Source: an uncultured Ruminococcus sp.
GTDB taxonomy: Bacteria > Bacillota > Clostridia > Oscillospirales > CAG-382
Direction of reading: 5' to 3'
NCBI GenBank assembly: GCA_964403645.1
Contig: CAYOGQ010000002.1
Location: 1-47,264, forward strand
DNA: 47,264 nt
The notes beneath the pieces were generated by a model. It had not been told where the DNA came from, did not search any database, and was given only the letters and a program-made list of their open reading frames with translations. Below are positions 1 to 6,870 of this stretch, piece by piece (the stretch's first letter is position 1; every line of letters starts with the position of its first letter). Both the position numbers and the translations under genes were made by a program.

Positions 1-827
1 GGGAGGGGGGCGTTATGGTCAGGCATATCGACGATGACGGTTTTATCCGCTTCGGTACCGTCGGCGGGATCGACCGCCGCGTCATGTCGGGTAAATGCGT
101 CGTTTTGGGCGATGACCGCATATCCGCGGTTGTCTCCGCGAAAGCGATACACCTGCAAAAGCCGGAGGAAAAAGGCATAGCGCAGCCCGCCGAAAAGTTG
201 TTTTTCGACATCGGCTGCGTAAACCGCGAGGACACCGCAAAATATGTAAAAATCGGAGATCTCGCCGTGTTTGAGCCGAATTTCGAACGCTTCGGCGACC
301 ATAAAATCAAATCGAAAGCCATCGACGACCGTTTCGGCTGCTATATGCTCTGCGAGCTTATCAAAGAAGAGCTGGAATACGACACATATTTCGCGTTCGT
401 CGTTCAGGAAGAAGAAGGCTGCCGCGGGGCGATGGGTGCGGCGTTTTCGGAAAGCGCCGACCAGGTCGTGGTGGTGGAGGGCACCACCGCCGGCGATATC
501 CACGGCTCTCCCGAATCGGGCAAAGCCTGTTCGCTGGGGGAGGGCGCGGTTATCTCTTTCATGGACAACGGCACCGTCTACTGCCCGGAGGTGCTGAAAA
601 ACATTATCGCCATATGCGAAGAAAACGGTATAAAACATCAAATAAAAAACCTCGTGGCGGGCGGCAACGACGCTCAGGCGTACCAGAAAAGCCGCTTCCC
701 CGCCAAAGTGGCGGCGATATCCGCGCCGGTGCGCTACATCCACTCTGCCGCCTCGGTCGCTGACGAGCGCGATTTTGACGAGATACAAAAGCTGTTGATA
801 AAAATTTCCGAAAAAGGCATAGCCTAA
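1..827 (+). CDS. M42 family metallopeptidase (FrvX/CelM-type aminopeptidase); 5' end lies outside the window
   Basis: The frame is open from base 3, upstream of the listed ATG at 15. Motifs KAIDDRFGCYML, VVQEEEGCRGA and SAPVRYIHS are present. It is a clear paralogue of the next ORF. Confidence 0.85.
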   Translation, partial: EGGVMVRHIDDDGFIRFGTVGGIDRRVMSGKCVVLGDDRISAVVSAKAIHLQKPEEKGIAQPAEKLFFDIGCVNREDTAKYVKIGDLAVFEPNFERFGDHKIKSKAIDDRFGCYMLCELIKEELEYDTYFAFVVQEEEGCRGAMGAAFSESADQVVVVEGTTAGDIHGSPESGKACSLGEGAVISFMDNGTVYCPEVLKNIIAICEENGIKHQIKNLVAGGNDAQAYQKSRFPAKVAAISAPVRYIHSAASVADERDFDEIQKLLIKISEKGIA

Positions 828-862
828 CTTGACGCATACGATTTTGAAAGGATGAAGTTACA

Positions 863-1858
863 ATGACAGACATAAACATTAAAAAATATATAAACCCGTT
901 TTCCGTCACCGGCTGCGAGGAACGTCTGGCGGCGCTTATCGCGGAGGACATGAAGCCTTATGCCGACAGCATTAGCACCGACCCCATGGGAAACCTGATC
1001 TGCTTTAAAAAAGGCGGGGATTCTTCCAAAAAGGTCATGCTCGCCGCGCATATGGACGAGATCGGCTTTGTGGTCACGTTTATCGAAAATTCGGGGCTTA
1101 TCCGCGTCGCCAACGTCGGCGGAATCCGACCCGTAAGCTCCGCGTTCGGCGAAGTGATTTTCCAAAACGGCGTCAGGGGCGTGATTGTGTTCGAGGACAA
1201 CCTTCAGCCCGCCGACCAAAGTATCAAAAAAATGCTGGTTGATATTGGTGCGAAGGACAAAAAGGACGCTCAAAAGAAGGTAAGGGTAGGCGATTATCTG
1301 GCGCTCTCCCAGCGGGTGACGAAGCTTGCCAACAAGCGTTACGCCGCCAAAGCTTTCGACGACAGGATAGGCTGCGCCGTGCTGGTCGAAGCGGCAAAGC
1401 TCGCCCAAAAGGTCAAATACGACACCTATTATGTGTTCACCGTTCAAGAAGAAGTCGGCTGCCGCGGTTCCAAAGCCGCCGCCAACGCCATACTCCCCGA
1501 CTATTCCCTCGCCTGCGACCTGACGCCGACCTACGATACCGCCGGCGCGCTGCCGGGAGAGGTCAAGCTGGGCGCGGGAGCCGCCATAAAAATCAGGGAT
1601 TCCTCCGTCATCTGTTCCAAAATGATAGTCGATCGCCTTACCGCTCTCGCGGAGGAGCGTAAGATAAAATATCAATACGAAGTCCTCACCGCCGGCGGCA
1701 CCGACACTTCGTCCATGCAGACGGCGGGCGCGGGCAGTTATGCCGGCTGTATATCCGTGCCCGGCAGATATATTCATTCACCGGTGGAGGTTATCAATTC
1801 CAAAGACCTCGACGAGTGTGTTAAACTGTTCGCCGCATTCATTGAAGAAGGCGTTTGA
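863..1858 (+). CDS. M42 family metallopeptidase (aminopeptidase/endoglucanase-like)
   Basis: 331 aa with AAHMDEIGFVV, KAFDDRIGCAVL, TVQEEVGCRGS and SVPGRYIHS motifs typical of M42 peptidases. Confidence 0.9.
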   Translation: MTDINIKKYINPFSVTGCEERLAALIAEDMKPYADSISTDPMGNLICFKKGGDSSKKVMLAAHMDEIGFVVTFIENSGLIRVANVGGIRPVSSAFGEVIFQNGVRGVIVFEDNLQPADQSIKKMLVDIGAKDKKDAQKKVRVGDYLALSQRVTKLANKRYAAKAFDDRIGCAVLVEAAKLAQKVKYDTYYVFTVQEEVGCRGSKAAANAILPDYSLACDLTPTYDTAGALPGEVKLGAGAAIKIRDSSVICSKMIVDRLTALAEERKIKYQYEVLTAGGTDTSSMQTAGAGSYAGCISVPGRYIHSPVEVINSKDLDECVKLFAAFIEEGV

Positions 1859-1861
1859 CGT

Positions 1862-3121
1862 ATGATTTCACCCCAACTCCGCGCCCTCGCCGCACAATGC
1901 GAGAGCGAACTGAAAAAAATATATACCGCTTTGGACGAAATTGCCGAAGTCAACACCGAAAAAGTGCTCTCCGCTTTTGCGGAATTTCGGCTTTCGGAAC
2001 GCCATTTCAACCCCACCACGGGTTACGGCTATAACGACGACGGCAGGGATACCGCCGACAGGATTTTCGCAACCGTGTTCGGATGTGAGGACGGTTTCGT
2101 CAGACACAGCATTATCTCGGGCACCCACGCCATCGCGATCGGTTTATTCGGGCTACTCCGCCCGGGCGACACTCTGTATGCCGTGACCGGAAAGCCCTAC
2201 GATACGCTCGAGGGGGTTATCGGCGCGAACGGCGGTTATAACTCAGTCAAAACCAACGTCAATGTTAGCGGCTCCCTTGTGGATTTTGGCGTAAAATACC
2301 GCGAAACCGCTCTGATTGACCGAAAATACCTAAATATAAGCGAAATAGTCGATGTTTTAAAAACCGACAAAACCGTCAGAGTGGTTTATGTCCAGCGTTC
2401 CAAAGGCTACGACGAGCGGCGCACGCTCACCGCAAGGGAGATAACCGAATTGTACCGAGCGGTCAAAACGGTTTCGGACGCCTATGTTTTTGTGGACAAT
2501 TGCTACGGCGAATTTACCGCCGCGGAAGAACCTGCCGCCGACCTGCTCGCGGGGTCGCTCATTAAAAACGCGGGCGGCGGCATGGCGGAAACCGGCGGAT
2601 ATCTTGTCGGAACAAAAAAAGCCGTACATCTTGCCGCCCAAAGACTGACCGTACCGGGCATAGGCGCGGAAGCGGGGGCGACTCTCGGTCAGAACAAGCT
2701 AATACTCAAAGGCTTATTTTACGCCCCGCACACCGTGGCAAACGCCAAAAAGACTTCGCATTTCGCCGCTCTGTTATTTAAAAAATTAGGTTTCAAGGTT
2801 AATCCCAACCCTTTTGAAATGCGGGAGGATATCGTACAAATTATCTCGTTCGGCGAACCCGAAAAACTGGTCGCTTTTTGTCAAGGCATACAGGCGGGTT
2901 CGCCCGTCGATTCGTTCGCGCTTCCCGTCCCCTGGGATATGCCGGGATACTCCGATAAAATCATCATGGCCGCGGGGGCGTTTACCCAAGGCTCGTCCAT
3001 TGAACTTTCTGCGGACGCGCCGCTTCGTCCGCCCTATTGCGCCTATCTGCAAGGCGGGCTGACCTACGAGAGCGGCAAATTCGGCGTCCTGACCGCCGCG
3101 CAGCGGGTTATGGAAAATTAA
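1862..3121 (+). CDS. Aluminium-resistance-family PLP-dependent enzyme (YnbB / methionine gamma-lyase-like)
   Basis: 419 aa. The N-terminus (...SERHFNPTTGYGYNDDGRDT...) and overall layout match the YnbB/aluminium-resistance family. It starts 3 nt after the preceding stop. Confidence 0.8.
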   Translation: MISPQLRALAAQCESELKKIYTALDEIAEVNTEKVLSAFAEFRLSERHFNPTTGYGYNDDGRDTADRIFATVFGCEDGFVRHSIISGTHAIAIGLFGLLRPGDTLYAVTGKPYDTLEGVIGANGGYNSVKTNVNVSGSLVDFGVKYRETALIDRKYLNISEIVDVLKTDKTVRVVYVQRSKGYDERRTLTAREITELYRAVKTVSDAYVFVDNCYGEFTAAEEPAADLLAGSLIKNAGGGMAETGGYLVGTKKAVHLAAQRLTVPGIGAEAGATLGQNKLILKGLFYAPHTVANAKKTSHFAALLFKKLGFKVNPNPFEMREDIVQIISFGEPEKLVAFCQGIQAGSPVDSFALPVPWDMPGYSDKIIMAAGAFTQGSSIELSADAPLRPPYCAYLQGGLTYESGKFGVLTAAQRVMEN

Positions 3122-3141
3122 TTTAACGTAAACGGAGATCA

Positions 3142-5508
3142 TTGATGAATGGTTTTATAAAAGTTACGGGCGCGCGGATTCACAACCTTAAAAATATAGA
3201 TATCGAAATCCCCAAAGGCAAAATGACTGTCATAACCGGCGTGTCCGGTTCGGGCAAATCCAGTTTTGCCTTTGATACTTTATATGAGGAAGGCAAGCGC
3301 CGGTATCTGATGTTTTCGGGTACCCAGTTCATGGTGGACAACGTGCCGACATTCGACAGCATTACGGGGCTTTCGCCCACGGTGGCGGTCGAACAGCGCA
3401 TCACGCGTCAATCCAACCCGCGCAGCACCGTCGGGACGCGCACCAAAATCGATGCGATGCTGGCGGCGCTATTTGCCGCGTACGGCGTCCGCAAGCCCGA
3501 GTACGACGACGGCCGCCCCCTGTCGATGGAGATGTTTCAAAAGAATTCGCCGCGCGGGATGTGCGTGCGGTGTCTCGGTACGGGGAGTATTTATACCGTC
3601 GACGAGGATGATTTATTCCGTGATAAATCTCGGACGCTTATGAATCTATTCGGAGAGAATGTGGAAGGGGGGGTACAACATTACGGTCGCCGGATTCAAG
3701 AATATTGTTATGCCGCCGGATTATCACCCTATCAAACCGTTGATTCCTTAAATGAAGAACAATTTACATGGTTCAAGTATGGCGGTAACGGAACAAAACA
3801 TTTTAATGGCGTGATTCCTTGGGTTATCGGTTTTTATCATTGGAGCAAAAATAAACAAAACTGGGGTTCAAAACTGACGTGCGTTCATCAAGTACCCTGC
3901 CCAAAATGTAACGGGAGCAGTTTGGGCGAACAAGCGGCGCACACCACGATAAACGGGAAAACAATCACGCAGCTTGAAAATATGTATATTCGTGAATTAT
4001 ATGATTTTTTGAAAAAGGACAAGCTCTCCGGCACAAAATTATTAGAAGAAATTTTAGTAAAACTGGAATGTATGATCGACGTGGGGCTGCATCACTTATC
4101 GCTGTCCCGCCCTGTGCCCACTCTTTCGGGCGGCGAAATCCAGCGGCTGTTTCTGGCAAGCTATATTATCGCCGAAATGGATTCCGTTATTTTTATTTTC
4201 GACGAACCGACCATCGGGTTGCACGAAGCGGAAAAACAAAAACTGATCGAAATTCTAAAAAATCTGATTAAACGCGGCAACACGGTCATCGCCGTGGAGC
4301 ATGACGAAAACTTCATGCAAGCCGCCGATTATATCGTCGACCTCGGTCCCTTTGCCGGAAAATATGGCGGCGAGCGTATTTTTCAAGGCAGTTACAATGA
4401 TTTTATGCAATGCGACCATTCCCTGACCGCACCGTACCTTTCCGGTAAAAAAATAATACCGATTAAGACGGAGTTCAAACCGACGGATAAGACGAAAATA
4501 TTAAGGCTCAGCCATTGCGGTATTCATAATCTGCGGGATATTTCCGTCGATATTCCTCTGGGACTGCTTGTGGGCGTGGCGGGGGTTTCGGGCAGCGGCA
4601 AGTCGAGCGTCATTTCCGATACCCTTGTTCCAAAGCTGAAGGAAGTCTTAAAGAACAGATTTGTCGCAGATGAGGACGAAAACGAATTTGAAACGGCGGC
4701 GCTCCCCGATGTGCGGATTGACGGAATCGAAGGTATCAAAAAATGTCTTATCATAGACCAAAAGCCCATCGGGCGGAGCCGAACCTCCTGCCCGGCGACA
4801 TATACGGGGATTTTCGACCGTGTGCGGAAGATGTTTGCCGACACCCCGGAATCGGCGGCGCAGGGTTTTGGGCCGGGGATGTTTTCGGTAAACTCCGAAG
4901 GCAAGTGCAAAACCTGCAACGGCGACGGCGTTATCCATTATCACGTGGGATTTGGAAACTTCATCGACGTGGATTGCGAAGTCTGCGGCACGACGGGATT
5001 TACGCCGGAATCCATGACCGTTACGGTCGACGGCAAAAATATTCGGGAAATCCTTGAAATGAACATCACCGACGCGATCGTCTATTTTAAGGACAAAGAT
5101 AAAATCAGTTACCGAATGTTAAAAACCCTTGACCGCGTGGGACTCGGATATATGTCGCTCGGGCAAAAAACGCCGACCATTTCAGGCGGCGAGGCACAGC
5201 GTATCAAGCTTGCAAAAGAGCTCGGCAAGTCCGGCAGCGGCAAAAACAATATCTACATACTGGACGAACCGACCACGGGACTTTCCTTTTCGGATAGCGT
5301 CAAGCTGATCGGATTATTGCAAGAACTCGTCGATAACGGCAACACGGTAATCGTGACCGAACACGACCCGTCGGTGCTGTCGAATTGCGATTATATCATC
5401 GAAATGGGGCCTGGCGGCGGTTCCGACGGCGGCGATGTGATTGCCGAGGGGACGCCCGCGGAATTGAAAAACAATGCAAAGTCAATCATCGGGCGGTATT
5501 TGAAATGA
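3142..5508 (+). CDS. UvrA-like ABC ATPase, class II type (UvrB-binding domain absent)
   Basis: 788 aa with two GVSGSGKSS Walker A loops, two LSGGE signatures and UvrA zinc modules (GMCVRCLG/PCPKCNG and KCKTCNG/DCEVCG). It is about 150 aa shorter than canonical UvrA. The likely true start is the ATG at 3145, 8 nt after GGAG. Confidence 0.85.
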   Translation: MMNGFIKVTGARIHNLKNIDIEIPKGKMTVITGVSGSGKSSFAFDTLYEEGKRRYLMFSGTQFMVDNVPTFDSITGLSPTVAVEQRITRQSNPRSTVGTRTKIDAMLAALFAAYGVRKPEYDDGRPLSMEMFQKNSPRGMCVRCLGTGSIYTVDEDDLFRDKSRTLMNLFGENVEGGVQHYGRRIQEYCYAAGLSPYQTVDSLNEEQFTWFKYGGNGTKHFNGVIPWVIGFYHWSKNKQNWGSKLTCVHQVPCPKCNGSSLGEQAAHTTINGKTITQLENMYIRELYDFLKKDKLSGTKLLEEILVKLECMIDVGLHHLSLSRPVPTLSGGEIQRLFLASYIIAEMDSVIFIFDEPTIGLHEAEKQKLIEILKNLIKRGNTVIAVEHDENFMQAADYIVDLGPFAGKYGGERIFQGSYNDFMQCDHSLTAPYLSGKKIIPIKTEFKPTDKTKILRLSHCGIHNLRDISVDIPLGLLVGVAGVSGSGKSSVISDTLVPKLKEVLKNRFVADEDENEFETAALPDVRIDGIEGIKKCLIIDQKPIGRSRTSCPATYTGIFDRVRKMFADTPESAAQGFGPGMFSVNSEGKCKTCNGDGVIHYHVGFGNFIDVDCEVCGTTGFTPESMTVTVDGKNIREILEMNITDAIVYFKDKDKISYRMLKTLDRVGLGYMSLGQKTPTISGGEAQRIKLAKELGKSGSGKNNIYILDEPTTGLSFSDSVKLIGLLQELVDNGNTVIVTEHDPSVLSNCDYIIEMGPGGGSDGGDVIAEGTPAELKNNAKSIIGRYLK

Positions 5509-6428
5509 ACAAAGATTTCGCGAACCATCTCGACGAATACATAAAAATCAAGCGATACCCTCTTGTCAATTCCGTGTTGGTGTTTGAAAACGACGAATTG
5601 GTTTTTGAGCGGTATTATAATAAATCGGACGAGAATAAATCTCATCCGCTCATGTCGGTTTGGAAAAGTATTCTGTCGCTCACATTCGGGATATGTCTGG
5701 ATAAAGGGTTGATACGGGACATCGACACCCCCATATATCGTTATCTTCCGCAATTCGCGCAAAATATACACGTTTTCCACAGGTTGATAACCGTTCGTCA
5801 TTTGCTCACCATGTCGTCCGGCATTCATTTCAACCCCGGCACGCATTACAGCGTCCCCATGATGGAGCAGCTGCGGCGTTCCGGCGATTGGATCTCGCAT
5901 ATCGCCGAAGTCCGGGTGACCGATATGCCCGGAACCAGATTTGTTTATAAAGAATTTGACGTCATTTTACTTTCCGCGTTGATCGGTAAAGTTTGCGGCG
6001 GCACGGCGTGGGATATCGTCAATGAAGATCTATACAAACCGCTCGGTATAAACGCCGAAAAATGGCTGACGACAAAATGCGGTATAAATTATAATGTGGA
6101 TGTGTTGAAAAATCAATACGACGAATTAACCGCGCGGGATTTGGCGAAATTCGGCTTGCTTATGCTGCACGGCGGGATATGGAACGGGAAAAGGATTGTG
6201 TCGGAAGAATATATAAAAATGGCCGTTTCGCCATCCGAAACGAGCGGCGGCTACGGCTTTCTCTGGTGGCTTTCCGACAAAGGTTATCACGGACGCGGTT
6301 TCGGCGGGCAGGAATTAAATATATACCCCGCCAAAAAAACGGTTGCGGTGATTCAAGCGACCGCCACGCCGAGGAGTAAAAGCTACGGAGATATCTGCGA
6401 CGGACTTGTATGGAATAATAACGTTTAA
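5505..6428 (+). CDS. Serine hydrolase of the beta-lactamase/PBP-related family
   Basis: The ATG at 5505 overlaps the uvrA-like stop (ATGA). SxxK motif (MSVWKS) near the N-terminus. The listed 5385 start lies inside the upstream gene and is rejected. Confidence 0.75.
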   Translation: MNKDFANHLDEYIKIKRYPLVNSVLVFENDELVFERYYNKSDENKSHPLMSVWKSILSLTFGICLDKGLIRDIDTPIYRYLPQFAQNIHVFHRLITVRHLLTMSSGIHFNPGTHYSVPMMEQLRRSGDWISHIAEVRVTDMPGTRFVYKEFDVILLSALIGKVCGGTAWDIVNEDLYKPLGINAEKWLTTKCGINYNVDVLKNQYDELTARDLAKFGLLMLHGGIWNGKRIVSEEYIKMAVSPSETSGGYGFLWWLSDKGYHGRGFGGQELNIYPAKKTVAVIQATATPRSKSYGDICDGLVWNNNV

Positions 6429-6448
6429 TCTATTTCTTCAAGCGGAAG

Positions 6449-6504
6449 TTTAAAACAAAGGCTGCGCCAAGGATAAAACCTTAACACAGCCTTTATTTAT
6501 AAAT
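6449..6504. repeat. Degenerate copy of the hairpin/terminator element found at 9552-9607
   Basis: A 56-nt alignment by eye gives 47/56 identical (TTTAAAACAAAsGCTGCGyCAAGGATAAAACC...). The stem GGCTG.G/C.CAGCC is weakened relative to the 9564-9593 copy. A T-rich tail follows, so it may still terminate the hydrolase gene. Confidence 0.7.
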
Positions 6505-6516
6505 CCAAATAATCAT

Positions 6517-6549
6517 TCCTCAATACAGAACGCAGGCACGCCTGTTAAT
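6517..6549 (-). pseudogene. 33-nt relic of a sigma-factor gene paralogue
   Basis: TTCCTCAATACAGAACGCAGGCACGCCTGTTAA matches 10478-10510 inside the sigma gene with one mismatch. No ORF context is retained. Confidence 0.7.
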
Positions 6550-6586
6550 GTTATTAAAAATTTATGGTAAAACCGCATTATGTATA

Positions 6587-6615
6587 TTGACAAACGAAAA
6601 TACATATGATATAGT
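6587..6615 (+). promoter_or_regulatory. Sigma-A type promoter (TTGACA, 17 nt, TGaTATAGT)
   Basis: -35 TTGACA at 6587-6592, a 17-nt spacer, and an extended -10 with TG at 6607-6608 plus TATAGT at 6610-6615. Confidence 0.75.
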
Positions 6616-6870
6616 AGCTATATCTCTTTGCACTGCATTACATTCCTAAAAGAAATGCAAAAACAACAGTACAAACTGAGCAGGCGACGCATAAAACAGC
6701 GTAAAGCCGGGCCTCCCTTTTGGCGGCAACAGATGAAGATGAATTTCCAACACATCTGTGGGACAGTGGCGTGTTCCACGGGTGTGTATTTTTATACCCT
6801 TGCGGGACAATTGGTTTTTGGAATTGGGTAAAATCAGGAATCTGCCTGAACAACAATCGGAGGACTTATT
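6616..6870 (+). promoter_or_regulatory. Long (about 250 nt) 5' leader of the P-type ATPase gene; candidate cis-regulatory RNA
   Basis: This is the distance from the predicted TSS (about 6622) to the ATG at 6871. Several hairpins are visible (CAGATG...CATCTG; GGGTGTG...TATACCC competing with CCCTTGCGGG). GGAGG RBS at 6858-6862. Confidence 0.45.

Noticed and set aside
824-1777. Long antisense ORFs opposite well-supported genes. Examples: 824-1777(-), 19133-20275(+), 21125-21970(+), 25950-26675(+), 32101-32721(+), 40623-41453(+) and 46067-46546(-).
   Set aside because: Each lies entirely inside a gene with clear family motifs on the other strand. Their products are Arg/Gly/Pro-rich and low-complexity, they lack an RBS, and they are typical shadow ORFs in GC-rich coding DNA.
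5385-5504. Upstream extension of the serine hydrolase ORF (listed start 5385).
   Set aside because: The extension overlaps the last 40 codons of the uvrA-like gene and encodes an Arg-rich string. The ATG at 5505 forms a classic ATGA stop/start overlap.
6616-6870. Identification of the ATPase leader as an M-box (Mg) or yybP-ykoY (Mn) riboswitch.
   Set aside because: I could not find the conserved cores (GUUAGGUGAGGC / CAGUGCUAAAGCUCUACG for the M-box; GGGGAGUAG / UUGACAUA for yybP-ykoY). Only a trivial CAACAGA match is present.
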